Source: Chrysomallon squamiferum (lineage: Eukaryota > Animalia > Mollusca). Taken from it: DNA of 64,000 nucleotides. The stretch lies in the NCBI GenBank assembly GCA_012295275.1, contig CM022666.1, positions 15,624,001 to 15,688,000 on the forward strand, read 5' to 3'. Position 1 is the stretch's first letter, and each line of letters starts with the position of its first letter. Below are positions 39,376-54,581 of this stretch, piece by piece. A model generated the notes under the pieces. It ran no database searches and was not told where the DNA came from. It saw only the letters and a program-made list of their open reading frames with translations. Position numbers and translations under genes: made by a program.

Positions 39376-41978
39376 TTAAATCTGCTGGATGACACTAGAA
39401 ATCACATTTGACAAATCTGGACTGATCACAAGGTTTTGTCCACTGATTGGTTTGATCCGAACATCAAACAACGTCGGACTGTAGGTTGCGAACATGGGTA
39501 ACAGCGGCTGGCTGGTGTCAACATCGGCAACAGAGACAACAACGGTGCTGTTCTGTACATGTAAGATGTGCAGACACTTTGTCTGGAGGTCCAATAGTAA
39601 ACCAACATCAACGACTACGACAGCACCCGGTTTACAGCTGGCTACAGGATGATCATGGAGTAGTTTACCACGTGAGAAAACATAGAGACAAACACTTTCA
39701 TGCTGTTGACAGGTTCGCACCTCCACACACCAAGCTCTGTCGCTGACTTCAAAATCGCTGATGTCACAGCTGTCCTGGTGGCTGAGGCCGATGTGTGCGG
39801 AAACAAAACCCAGCTCGTCTGATTCCTTCATTTCTGTCGTCACTGTCACCTGCCAGTAGTGGCAGCGAGCTCCTGTGAAAACCGTCCTGGAACAAACTCC
39901 ACTGAAGTTTCTCAGTCTGTTAGGATGTTCAACGTCTGGTATTTCTGAACATTCGCTGACGAGGCATCCATCAGGAGTGATGCTGCGCTGTTCCCAATTT
40001 AATCTTTCTGTGTCAAACTCCATGTCAGGCACTGCACAAAGCAAACACACGTTTTTAAAATGTCAAACAGAAAGGTGTGACTGCGTTGCACATAGTATTT
40101 AATATATTAAAACACATACACACACACACAGACATACATGATGCAAGAATGATTTTCATCAATGTGGATTTGTATGCACATGAGTAAATGATTAGTGTGT
40201 GTGTGTGTGTGATAATAACATACTTACAGAATATTTCTCTGTGATATCCAGGTTTACTATCAATACTGATTAATATTCGTCTCATCAAATCTACATCTGA
40301 AATAGAGATAATTTTGAAAGAATAAAATTAAATTCTACCAATAAAAATAACTTCTCTATTTTGTAATATTACAGCGAGAAAAAGAGAGAGAGAGAGACAC
40401 TTCAGGAAGTAATAACATTCAGTTATAATTGTTTCGTAATATTATAAAGAGTGAAAAATTGAATTTTTTTAGAAATAACATAATTCAGTTACATCAATTA
40501 TCGATAGTAATGAAATAATTTGTCAGTTTATAACTAACCCTTGAAAACTTCAGTTACAATTTACAAGAAATATGGAAATTTCATTCACACTCACCTGAGT
40601 CTTTGCAGTCAAAACTGATAGCTTGTTTGTTTAAAAGACATCCATTCAATCTGATGGAGATTTTGTGAGGGCCTAAACATTCTGCTTTGAACGTAAGAGC
40701 TCCAACTGGGTGCGAAAGACAGTTCACATCCTGTTCAACTTCACGTTTCTTTTCATTCTGGTCTTCAATGACTGCCTGCAGTATAAAGTGTTGATTTTCA
40801 GAGTTGTCTTTCCCTGTAAGTAATGTCACTTTGAGAAAAGTCGACTGCTCTCCCAGCTTCACGTCTGTGAGCTCAAGGCAGTTTCTAAGCTGAGAAATGT
40901 CATTCAAACTGTTTTCCAGCACTTTGTTAATCGTGTGAAAAACAGAGAAGTCGACAGCAACATCTTCAACGTGCATGTCGATGAGATGGTCTGGTTTAGA
41001 CAACATCACAGTTTTTTCTGTGAGATCGTCTGACATGGCAATGAACTCAGCAGCTCCAGTGAAAGACAAAGCTTGATGACAAAACAAAACATGTTCCGAC
41101 TTCAACTTTTCAGTCTCAGCTACCAGATCTAGTTGTCTGTCTCTCTCCTTCTGTTGTCTGTTGATGTTTGCAATCACTTCTTCTTTCAGCCGTCTCGATT
41201 TTTCTTTCACTTTTGCAACAATCTCATTTTCTGAGCTGTCTATGAACTGCAGCAGATTCTGCTGAATGTTCATTAATTTGTTCTTCTGACTGACCAGTTC
41301 ATTCCTGTAGTGTTCACATTTTTCTGATGACTTTACCAAGCAATCTAACGCTCTGGTAGTTTCATCTTTCTTTTCTTTATAGATGTCTTTAAGATTACAT
41401 ATGTCATGATCTTTGTGCAGTACATATGCACAAGAAATGCAAGCAGCTTTCTGGCAAGTCTTGTTCTTACAGAACAAATCCATTTTCATCTTGTCATGAT
41501 CCTGGCAGACGCCTTTCTTTTGGAAAAATGTTTCGGGTGATTTCATAAACTCGGACAAGGGTACCGTTTTATGATCATCCAAAAATCTTTTGTGGGAATG
41601 GGAACAGTTCTCACAGAGATATTTCTGACAGTCCAGACAGTGCATAGAGGCCTTCATGTTGCTTGGACATTTCCAGCATAAAATGTTTTCTGGTTTGTTT
41701 TTCAGTTCAAGATATTCGACCAAGTTCATCAACACATTATTCCGAGGAAATGACTTCTTGATATCTGTTTCCACTGGCCATGTTCTCCTACATTTAGGAC
41801 ACTGCACTCCTGAAGGAGACTTGTCCCAGATACATTCCAAACATGCACTGCAGAAGGAATGAGAACAAGGCAGTGACCTGGCTGATCGGACATCTTCGTC
41901 AAACTCTTCCATGCAAATCTCACATGTGGCAAACTCCTCTTTAATTTCAAATATTGTAAGTGTCATAGATTCAGCCAT
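39376..41978 (-). CDS. TRIM-family E3 ligase, paralog B (same architecture as paralog A), 702 aa
   Basis: Exons 41978-40595, 40296-40228 (69 nt, phase 1-1), 40031-39376. RING CEIC..CSHSFCSAC..CPKC, two B-boxes, coiled coil, filamin-like FKAECLGPHKISIRLNG, SPRY-like HYWQV..IGL..VGLLLDLQ..PLLPMF. Clear colinear homology to 19058-22347. Confidence 0.9.
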
Positions 41979-42433
41979 CTTCACATTAATCTAGATGACA
42001 CCTGTATGTATGTGTACATAAAACCCACTGCTCAGGCGAGTCCTGAAATGTGATACTAACAATATTTAATCTGTTTATGTTAAAAATAAAATAAAATAAA
42101 ATGTTAAAATAATAACATATTGCTATAATATATTATATAACTTTCTGATTTTGTTTTTTAAAAAATATAATCAATTCAAAAGAGAAAAAACATGGTTAAT
42201 TTTAATGCGTTTTTTTTTTCTTCAAATTATTTGTTTTCTTTTTTCTCTTATTTCCTTTTAAGCGTAAATAGATTTTAAACAAAAAAGTTTCCGAAGTTGA
42301 ATAAAAATTAGAATTCATGAGTGCTTTTCTGTAGTAATGTGAAATAAAAGTATGTGCTATAAACTGTTAGTGTTACTTCCAGATTTCAAACCATGGTCAT
42401 TTGTTTGAGTACGAACGTACACGGGTATGACAA

Positions 42434-42490
<57 letters not shown>

Positions 42491-42796
42491 AATTAGACAA
42501 AGAGTTGAAAGACGAAGGATAAACTTGAAACTATAAAGACCATTTCAAGCCAAATAACGAAATATTGATAAATGCATAAAACAATTAATCAAAACTAGCA
42601 TGAAACACGACTTTCGATAATGATATGAATAAACAAAATTATCATAGTTCATTTGCTGTGATACTAAAACGACTAAAATGTTACATCAATAATGTCACGA
42701 CGGTCAAAACAACTTTCGAAAGCCATGCTTCCTTTTCCTTGTTCATTTCCTCCCTCTCGGTGAAGGTATTATTACCTTCCATGAAACAGTTTTACT

Positions 42797-42895
<99 letters not shown>

Positions 42896-42995
42896 TGTTT
42901 TATAAATAAAACAATGATACTATTCTTATTATTCAATATAAATTGGTAGAAATTCCACACACGAACGAAAGGGAAATCGTTATCTCCCTTCCATC

Positions 42996-43897
42996 ATGGC
43001 GACCAGCAGTGGAAGAATTCGTAAACCGTCAAAACGGCTTTCACCAGAAGGCGGTTTTATTACTACTCCAACCAAAAAGCGAAAGCAGACTAATACCGCA
43101 GTAAGCGCTTTTAATATTAACATATATATATTTCTTCATCAAGCTTCGTAAACGTCTTCTAATACAATGAAACGTAGTATAAACTGTTCAGAAGTGTTCT
43201 AATATCGGACCTAGCCCTAGTTCGGATATCTTGATAACTAATAAGTGCGGTTTTCTTGTGTGCTAGTTATTTAATTTCCATTTTTAGGAAAGGCAAAACC
43301 AATAACTAGTAGATTTTAAATATATGCAGGTTAACAAAAATCTATCAAACAATCAGTTTTGTACGTACTTAGATTACCTTCGTAACACTGCCAATGAATA
43401 TTTATATATTTGGTATTTTTGTTATTGTTGTTTATCTATTTTTTTTAAGCCTGCTACACCCCAGGAACCAATAGTAAACAGAACCTCTGTGGAAGAGGTT
43501 ACTCCTGCTGTCGTACCCCCTACTTTATCCACTCCTGCAGTTTCCACTACAAGTGTTAGTTCTACAGCAGAAGAAACAGCAACAGAAAAACCACAAGCTA
43601 TTTTCAAAGATGCAAACTTTGTGGTATTTACAACTTTCTATTCCAGTAACAATAAAAAGGCTAATATAATTTTATATTTGTAACAAATGTATTTGTTTAT
43701 TTATGTTGATCTGTGTGTTATTCTTTTTCTCTTTTTTTTGCTGATGTTATGACATGGCAAAAGTTACTGTTAGATATATTATTATTATTATTATTATTAT
43801 AAATGTTTGTTTTATTTGATTCTTATGGTATATAGGATAATGTTTACATGAGTGTGTATGTATGTATGCATATATATGTGTGTGTGTGTGTATATAC

Positions 43898-43949
<52 letters not shown>

Positions 43950-45905
43950 TGTGTGTATGTATGTGTTTAGTGCCTAGGTTCTGTTTTTTCTGTTTGTATA
44001 TGTCCATGTATAAATACACATACATAGAAGAATACAAGTACACAAACACATACAAAATATCGGTGAATACATACACAATCATACACATATACAAACACTC
44101 ACAAACACATGCAAAACACAAACACATATATGCTCTGATTATTATATATACATATATTACCATTAAATACACACACACACACACACATATATATAATATA
44201 ATGCACACACACACAGTCTTGTATATGTTCTATGTTAGTATTTTATTAATAAAAGAAAATATTAATTTCATTAGATGCTGAAGAGAGAAGCAGCCATCTC
44301 AAAGAAAGGTCGCGTTTTGAAAAACTTGAAGCAAGTCATTGCAGCTGAAAGGTCATTGCCATGGAAACCAACTGACGTAACCTGTATGTACATATATTCT
44401 TGTTTTGACAGTTATGTAGATTAATAACAAAAATGACACTTTGCTTCACCAACAATATATATATATAGTAATATATATATATTTTTCTTTCTTATTAATT
44501 TTTTTTCTTGCAATCTTTGTTTAGTGGAATATCAAAATAAGTTCAGTGAACGAAATTTCCTTATTTCTTGCAAACTGAACTGATGTTTTCAAGGATTAGT
44601 TATAAACTGACAAATTATTTGATTAGTGTTAATAATTAATGTAACTGAATTACTATATTTTCAAACCTTTTTTCCACTATTTTTTTTCTCTTTATAATAT
44701 TACAAAAGAAAGATGTGTATGGGTAAAACTGAATGTTATTACTTTCTGAAGATACACTCTCTCTCTCTGTCTCTCTCTGTCTCTCTCTCTCTCACTCACA
44801 CACACACATTCTCTCATCACACATTATTTCAATGGAACAATATTATGTGTTTAAAACATTCATGAGTTATGTCCCATGTTCTATTTATTTTTATCGATTT
44901 TTTAAAAAGGAAATCAATTACTAATATTTTTGTTTATTATTTTTATAATTATTATTATTATTATATATATTTTTTAAATTCATTTATTTTTGATATTGAT
45001 AATTTAAAATTTTTTTTTTTTTTTTATCAGATAGTTCTATTGATGCTCCCCCTTCATTTAAACCAGCCAAGAAATATTCTGACTTGTCAGGACTTGTGGT
45101 GAGTTGTATCATTTATTTATTTACTTATTTAGTTAGCTCATTCATTTGTTTGGTCACTTTATTAGTTAATTAGTAGTTTGGCTGTTTACTCCTTCATTTC
45201 TTTAGTTAGGTCATTCATTCATTTGTTTCTTTATTTAGTTGTTTGTTCATTTGCATATATCATTGTTTCATTATTTATGTGTTTGTAATAACTTACAGAT
45301 ATTTCTGCTTCTTGTATACATTTGCATTATTATACGTTAACATACTTTATTATTAACCACTGTTAGTTGCCAATGGCAGTTAAGAATCTTTCAAAATGTA
45401 TCATGGTCTGTGTTATTATATTTAACTACCTGTTTTATTGATTTATTTGTTTTTGTTTATTTTTTAATCATGTTTTAAATATCTATTTTCATTGTTTGTT
45501 TTTTACACATTTTAAATAGCTATTTGCATTGTTGTTTTTTATCATATTTTTTAGTATTTTTTGTTTATTTTTTTATTTTAAATAGCTATATTCATTGTTG
45601 TTTTTTTATCATATTTTAAATAGCTATTTTCATTGTTTGTTTTTAAATTTTAAATAGCAATTTTCATTCTTTACTTATTATTATATTTAAAATAGCTGTT
45701 TTTCTATTTTAAATTGGCAGTTTTTATTCTTTATTAACAAACCATGTTTTACTGTTTATTTGTTGTTTGGCAGGCCCCATACACTGACCCGCAGACAAAA
45801 ATACGTTACTCAACCACTGAGGAGTTCACTCGAGCGCGAATGTTGCCCAGTGACGTGATTGCAGGTCTGTTGACACTGCGCAGAGCTTGTCTGCCAATCC
45901 CTTGA
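42996..45905 (+). CDS. INO80C: INO80 complex subunit C (Ies6, YL1-C domain), 5 exons, 195 aa
   Basis: Exons 42996-43100, 43450-43623, 44275-44383, 45031-45098, 45774-45905. Motifs FKDANFV, KNLKQVIAAERSLPW, YSSIDAPPSFKPAKKYSDLSGL, YTDPQTKIRYSTTEEF, LPSDVIAGLLTLRRA. Confidence 0.95.
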
Positions 45906-45964
45906 CAACAGCTGCTACAGACACGCTAACACACCAGCTCAGAGTTTGTCTCACACCTGGTTAT

Positions 45965-46160
45965 CACGTGTTGATGTTGTACCAAGATACCTCGTGTGTG
46001 TTGATGTAGTATATCGGTATCTCATAGGTGTTGATGTAGTATATCGATATCTCATAGGTGTTGATGTAGTATATCGATATCACATAGGTGTTGATGTAGT
46101 ATATCGATATCACATAGATGTTGATGTAGTATATCGATATCACATAGGTGTTGATTCTGA
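45965..46160. repeat. 30-bp tandem repeat in the INO80C 3' UTR region
   Basis: gtgttgatgtagtatatcgatatc(a/t)catag x ~6, with more degenerate copies downstream. Confidence 0.9.
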
Positions 46161-47459
46161 ACATGGATATCAAATCTGTTGAAACAGTTTCTGGATATTA
46201 TGTCTGCATTGATGAAGTAGTACCTGGATACAATGTCTTCGTTAACGTAGTATCATTGTATCATATCAGTTTTGATGTCATATGTTAATAACATCTGAAA
46301 TGATACAGTACCATGTCATGTTGATATAATTGTTGTAGCTATGTGGAATAAGTACCAATGATGTACGAAAATGATACGGTGATGTTGTACCTCAGGTCTG
46401 TAGTTTTGCTGACGTGGTATCATGATACTTTATTGGTGTTGATATATTATGAAGATAATTAGATAATCAGAATAAGCAGTGATATGATATCTATGTTGAT
46501 GAAGAATTTGCTTGTATAACTATGTACATCGCCAACACACCATTCCTGTTGTGATGTCATTCCAGGCAAATTTTGGAGCTGTATGATCTAAAACTAAACA
46601 AAATGTCTGCCTTTATTATGTTTTTATTCACAGTATGTATATTTATCATATACGTCAACACACATTATAAAGGAGTAGAAATACACACATGCATTCATAT
46701 GTTGCTTACTGAAACAGGATATTTTTATATGGAGAAAGCAATGTTTCTAGCAGAAAAACATAAATATGAAGTGAAAAAAACCCTGAATATATATATATAT
46801 TGTTGATAATATTGTGTTTGTGTGTGAAAATATGTATTTGTATATGTGTACATATGTAAATGTGTAAATACATTTGACTTTTGATTGAATGTTCTTATTT
46901 TTGCTATTCAACATAATAATACATGAATAAAGATAACATATAAAAAGTCAAAAGGCAATGTTGTCGTGTTAAACTGGCCACGTTTTCCGTTTAATCATCG
47001 TAAACACCGTAACCTTAAATACGCGTTTTAGCCTTACCCGTTTTGTCAAGGGAGGTAAATACATTTGAAACGAGGTTGAAATGTGGCTGCATTGAAATGA
47101 GCAAGTGACTTCTTAAACAAACAGTAATTTATGTCTGACAACGTCCACAGGTATTGACTAATTTTAAAAATTAATTTAAACAAACAAACAAAAAATAATC
47201 TTATGAATGTAGATTTGTCAAGACGACCGTACGTAATCGATGTCTCTCTAAACGTCATTGGCGGGTTTCCAGCTCAAACGTGTGGCTATGGCCACGTAAT
47301 CCGTTTACAAATAGTTTATTTGCTTTCCTGACAATGTTTGAATCAAATATCCTTCATGCCAACTGATTAAAAAAATAATAAATTGAAAAAAAAAGAGAAG
47401 AAATTGGTGCTTATTAATGTATAATAATAATAACAGTTTTATTTATTTATTTATTTTTC

Positions 47460-47505
<46 letters not shown>

Positions 47506-48766
47506 GTCTACACATGCTGTTAGGACTACCGGTGTAAACGCAAAAAAAGTACTTTGTAACCGAAATATTCTGGTTAGTGTTACTGAGCTTTATATACATC
47601 TGTGTCAAATGATTGGTCACTATTATTATTCAGTTTATTTATTTATTTTACTCACCAAAATATATATATATATATATATTATATATTCATACAGTAATTT
47701 AATAATAATACATTTTATGTATTTTTTAATTTTATTTTTTGGTTAGTTGTTTGTCAGTAAAATATACAAATGATGTCTATAAACTTGCAATTTGAAATAC
47801 GTTAAAAATATAAATAAATAATTATTAACATGTTAGTAACTAATTTCTTTCTCTTATAAAATAACGACAATAAAGACATCCATCATGAAGGCCAGATACA
47901 CTTATTTATTTAACAATTTTATTTTTTATTATTATTATTATTTTTTTTTTTTTTTTTTTTAACAACTGAAATGTTATGTTTTCCTCTCGCTGATGCAGTT
48001 TGGCGGTCAACAAGCGAAATTCGATGAGCAAATTTAATCTGTTGGCTGCCACGAGCTCGTGTTCTTGTGTTTCCGTCTCGTATTAACAACCTGACCACGG
48101 ATAATGAAACACATTAACAACGCAGGCACAAAATCGTAGTCTTCCTCGGCTTTTTCCTGCCCTCGGCGAAATTTGTCTTCATCAGAGGCGAGGAAAGTTG
48201 GCTAACAACATCACAACCCTTCCTCCGCTTCACATCCATTTTTTGTTGTTGTTGTTATCATTGCCTAGGTTACTAATCGTTATGTTGACGTAGTAATTCA
48301 TGTCATGTTGCGACTAACTAAACGAAAAAATGTGTTAAATTTAGGCAGACTGAAAGGCAGATTATTATTGTTATTTATTTGTTTGTTTGTTTATCCATTT
48401 ATATATTCATTAATATCTGTGATTTATTTATATATTATTATTATTATTTTTTATTTTTTGTGGTTTTCTTTTATGAATATACATGTCTGAAAGTTTATAA
48501 TTCAAACTGAAAGGAGCTCTATTCTGAATGTTTTAAACATTTACGTGTTTTTTTTTTTTTTTTTTTTTTAAAATAGCAGCTGCAGTAGAAGCAATAATAA
48601 TAGTAGTGGTAGAATGGTTGTGGTTGTAGTAGTAGTTGTTGTGGTGGTAACAGTAATAACAAGAACAGCGCATCACCACGTAGATGCTAGTAAAAAACAG
48701 CACAAACAAAAACAACAAGTAAACAGTAATAAAATAAACAAAAGAAAAACAACAACAAGGAGAACG

Positions 48767-48804
<38 letters not shown>

Positions 48805-49185
48805 GATGACAGCAGCAACAACAACGATTGATGATGAAACGATAACAACAGTAATAATAATTCATACAAATTTTATTTCTTAAAATTCACTAATTCGTCT
48901 TAACAAGTGTCGGATAATGACCTTATGATGATATAAAAAACAGACTGACAGTTAGTAAACTCGCTTGTAATATGTGGACTACAAGATGCAGACGGAGATC
49001 AAATTCGCTGCAGGTGGATCGAAAGAAGCAACAACGTCTGACTGTCCCGGTCTGATCGTAACAGCTTATTCGGCGTCGTCGTTAACGTCGCCATAAATAG
49101 CTGGTTGGTTAACAGTTTACAGAACTGTCATTTCCTGGGCGTGTTACAGAGACTGAAGGTGCGGTTAACTACACACACCTGCACA

Positions 49186-49242
<57 letters not shown>

Positions 49243-49409
49243 GCACAGACAGGATATGCAGTTTGAAAAGTGTACAAATGTAAAGAATATGATAAAAGCT
49301 AAAAAAAAAAAAAAAAAAAAAAAAAAACTGCAGTTCGATAACTGATCCTCCTCTTTGCTGTTTCCAATCCGGACAGATATATATACTCACAAAACAGCAA
49401 GAACACAAG

Positions 49410-49470
<61 letters not shown>

Positions 49471-50209
49471 ATATACATGTAGACACACGCTTTCGGAGTG
49501 CGGGTGAATGGGTGTCATACGTTCGAGTCTCGTCAGCGGCATCTGACGGGTTTGTGAGGTCGTGACTGAACTTTGTCCTCCTGCGCCAGTGCGTTCTTGA
49601 ATACTGTCTACATGCAGAGTCTAAACAGACGTACATAAGACAGACAATATTCAGATCCTAAAACTACATACATACATACATCATGCATACATACAAATAT
49701 ACATACATACGTACATACACACATACATGCTTGCATACATCCAGACAAACACAAACTTGATGCACATGCATATAAGGGGGGAAAAAACCCAGGAGATTAA
49801 AAACCTAACTTTGTTTTAACATCTAAAATCCCCATAAAATTGCGCTGCTATGACAATAACGTTCACCGGCTAGAAACGTTACTGTGAGAACTTAATCGAT
49901 AGGGTAACCGTTGGCAACATGCATCCGAGGCTTGGTCGGAAAAAGAATAGAGTAATGACATCATCATCATTTCTATAGATCTCACCGGAAACGAAGAATA
50001 ACTACTCGTCTTCGATAACCTACCTTGGCGCGCGCTGCTGATTTCGCAGTTGGCTCGAATCAATAATGTACGTCGTAATTCTTCGGGTTTCAAGAGATCG
50101 ATAGACCGGGAATAAAACGCGGTCAAGAGTTGCCTCCCTTCTCCGGCAACCGTGTCACCGTTTCGAGACGTTTTGTTGGAGACCGGTGGAGTTATTCGGG
50201 TTGGTTCCA

Positions 50210-50366
50210 CTGCTTTATATCAGCCAGCGCGTCTCAGCGAATTCACAGCCACTCTCAGAGACCGACTCAGTAGCTAGTGTGAGTTCTGAGTTTGTTTTCC
50301 ATTCTGAAAACGAGGATTGTTAGCTGAATTGAACAGCACAAAAATCTGGACGTCTTCTAACTTCCG
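50210..50366 (+). promoter_or_regulatory. Putative promoter and non-coding first exon of an unidentified gene whose CDS lies beyond the window
   Basis: CpG-rich 49860-50370, TATA-like TTTATAT ~50214, Inr-like CCACTC/TCAGT 30-55 bp downstream, strong donor ccg|gtgagt at 50366/50367; no recognisable coding exon follows. Confidence 0.45.
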
Positions 50367-50830
50367 GTGAGTTTCATACCTTATTATTACTTTATTGTTA
50401 CTTTATTGTTACTTTATTGTTACATTATTGTTACATTATTGTTACTTTATTGTTACTTTGTTGTTACTTTGTTGTTACTTTATTATTACTTCATTGTTAC
50501 TTTGTAATTTTCGTTGTGGAGGCAATTCGTGGAAAACGTGTGTTTAATTTTCATGCATATTATATCAGTATCTATCTGTTTATCTATCTTTATCTATCTA
50601 TCTATCTATCTGTCTGCCTATATATTTGCGTATTTTGATGAAGTTTAAAAGGTTTTGTACAAACGCAAATACTCATTCGTACTAGTAAACATTACGTGAT
50701 TTATTAAGAAACATGTACATACGTACTTGCATGTACACTGCATACCTTTTTATGAACATGCACACATACATGCTTACATACGTACACAGAAAATAAAAAG
50801 TACATATATACATATATGCATACATACATA

Positions 50831-50881
<51 letters not shown>

Positions 50882-50956
50882 ACACGCACACACACACACA
50901 CAAAGATGCATATATACATATATAGAAACCCCAACCTTCAATAAATAAATAAATAA

Positions 50957-51095
<139 letters not shown>

Positions 51096-52152
51096 AAAAA
51101 ATATTCATTTCTATTTATTTCCTCGTGACCAGTAAAAAGTGCAGATTTCTCCTTTTATGTATTTTTGCTTTTCTTCGTTCGTCCGTTTGTTCGTTTCGTT
51201 TCGTTTCTTTCTTTCTTTGGTCTGTTTGTTGTAGAGGGATCGGTAACGTTTGAGTAACTTATGGCAACAACATATCTGGATACGTTTGAAAACTGTAAGA
51301 AACCATGACCACTATTGCATGTTTAGTATGATAAATATATTAAACATAAACGCAACAACAACAACAACAACTCTTAATCATTATCATTTATTATTACTGC
51401 TGCCACTACTACTGCTACTGCTACTGCTATTACCATTACTATTACTACTATTACTATGAACGACAGTAACAATAACTACTGCTACTACTATCGCTAAAAA
51501 TAAAATACTACTAATAACAACTATTGCTTTTACTGCTTGTACTTCTGCAACTACTACTACATCTACACTAGTACTACAACGTCCACAACCACCACCGTCA
51601 CGACTACCATTATTAATCGTACTGGATTACCAACCTGCATACCGTCACAAATGTTTAGCCTTGTTTCTCGTCTGCTAGAACAGACGTGCTTAAACCTCCG
51701 TTTTACTGAAATTTATTTTAATATGAAGACAGACGTAACTGGCGGATAAAACGAGTCAATGCAGACAGCTCTGCTGTCTATTAACGGCCAGAATCACGAC
51801 TCTCGGAAACACAGCCAATTTCACCTGCACTTTTTACTGTCAAACGATTAGGCGAGCCGACGTCTAATTACTTCCCCTGAACGTAGACGTAGGCTTTCGC
51901 CGGAAACAGCGATTTGAACGAATGGAGCTATTTTAACTCGTTTAGCAACAGTTTTTGCAAGTTTAAATAGAGATTTATAGTCTGCAGCCATAGAGATTAA
52001 AGTGTGTAGTTACCGTCTTTAAATTCTTGTGTAATGTCCAGCTTCTCTGCCAGAGTTAAAGAACGTATTTAATTGATCTTAAATCGTTTTAAAACTAGAT
52101 GTTAATTTATCTTTTACTGAAGTCTTTTGATGACCACTAGATTTTTTAGTCG

Positions 52153-52189
<37 letters not shown>

Positions 52190-52585
52190 ACTATTTATTT
52201 ATTTATTTTTCTGCGCTCTAATATGTATATCTTATCCAATTAAAACCCACGGTCAAAGGTTACACTATGACGACACAAATATCTTACGTCATCATTTTGT
52301 TAGTTAAGTCTTCCATAACCTTTCTGTGCGCTTGGATATTACTTTTTTCTTTTCTGGATTTACTAATTTGATGTTTCAAAGGTAGGGCGACCTATTCTTC
52401 TTCTTCTTCTTCTTTTCTTCTTCTTCTTCTTCTTCTTCTTATTATTATTATTATAACTTATAAATTATATGTTATATGTTATAGAATTTTAGAACCGTGA
52501 TAAAATTTCCACTTCCTTACAACATAATCTTTTTTCTGCTTTCAAGAACTTTTGTTTTCAATAAGATGGCACACTGACAGACACA

Positions 52586-52637
<52 letters not shown>

Positions 52638-53294
52638 GACACACACACATATCCATAGACTATACATATACATTTATTTACTATAAATTAACAAACGTAT
52701 ACACAAATGTCTACACAAACACGTATACACATATCTTTATATAAAAACGCAAACATTCGTGTATCTTTAGTCTAATTAAATAAAATATACTTGCACGTCA
52801 CCACACTAGCTCTGGGTTGGAGACTTACTATCAGCACTGGTCAGTTGAAAAACACTATATATGTATATTTTATATATATTACAGCTTCATAAATGATTTA
52901 TTGCCAGTGGGAATTCGTAAAATGAAAACGTATGTATCTATGATGCAATGTGTGTGTGTGTATGTGTCTGTGTGTGCGTGTGTGTGCGTGTGTGTTTGTG
53001 TGTATAGAATGAATGTTTGCTTCCAGCCTTGAGCGATCCATATAAAGAACTTAGCTAAAGGAGGAAGCTAACATATCAACATGTCTCACAGTTTAGTTTT
53101 TATCTCTGAGCCTTATTAATGCACTTAACGGAGAGTGTAAGACACCTTGTCAAATCTTGTCTCCGTGTCGGTGACGGTTTTGTCACATTTACTAATGAAG
53201 CTTGTTTTTAATCCCTTTCTTCATTCTCACCTCGGCGTGAACTCTCAAGCACTTTCTTCTCGTCTGCAACTGAATTATTTTTCACAAAAAGAGT

Positions 53295-53334
<40 letters not shown>

Positions 53335-53800
53335 ACACAGCCACAAAAACCGCTTCAGGCAAAATACAGTTATCTGCAGAGGAAGGAACGGCCATTAAGC
53401 GCGCGGAGTTAAAGCACACATTTGTGCAGAGTGTGTAAAACACAGCGAGCTGTCCAGACGAGCTCACGAGAAGTGAAAGTTTTTTCTGCGTCTTTTCTCA
53501 GCTGGTTTTCTTTTCCTTCAGTCATCGTTTTTCTACACCACTGTTCATTTACTCAAGAAATTTTAGTATATCATATTTACAGCCCGCAGGCGAATTTCTG
53601 TCTTACATTTGAATAGATCAGTCTCTCCTGTTCTTTCTTCCTGTCTGTCTCATTAGCTTTACGCTTTTTCAGTCCCCGTTTCTTTCTCGCACTGTGTCTG
53701 TTACATTTGTGCTTGTCTGAGTTTTCTTTCTTTTTCCTGTTCTGTCTGTTTCTCTGTCTGCCTGTCCCATCTTATTTTTCTTTTTGTATATCTCTCTCTC

Positions 53801-53888
<88 letters not shown>

Positions 53889-53946
53889 TCTCCCCCTCTC
53901 TCCCTCTCCCCCGTCTCTTTCTCTCACTCCCCCTCTCCGTCTCTCT

Positions 53947-54053
<107 letters not shown>

Positions 54054-54527
54054 GTCTGTGTGTATGTTCGTCCTGCTTATAACAACGTCTATTGATTTAT
54101 AGCTCGCTGTCACATTGTGGAAGAATTATTTATAAAGAAGAGGTTTTGTGTTGGGGACAATGAGACAAGTATTGATTTGTGGTCAGCTAGCAAAACAAAG
54201 TATGAAAGCGGGATGCATATAGTAAATTTAAGTAATGGAAAATGTTATTTATTTATTTATTTGTTTGTTTGTTTGTTTGTTTATTCATTCATTCATTCAT
54301 TTATTTATGGATTTGATTTGATTTATTTTATTTTATTTTGTTTTAATTTATTTTTGATTTGAAGGATTGATTTATTTAATTTAATTATTAAATTAAACCA
54401 GTTAATTAAGCTATAGGATTACAAGTATATTATTGCTGTGATATGTAGGTAAAACGAAGTAAATAACATAATTATTTGGATTCTTAAGAAATACACATAT
54501 ATATATTTACACAGAAGTCATTTGAAA

Positions 54528-54581
<54 letters not shown>

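Noticed and set aside
43201-43230. Short imperfect palindrome in INO80C intron 1
   Set aside because: Too short, with no snoRNA boxes or miRNA-length stem evident.
49863-50210. 115-aa minus-strand ORF in the CpG-rich island
   Set aside because: Non-ATG start and no recognisable domain; better explained as promoter sequence.
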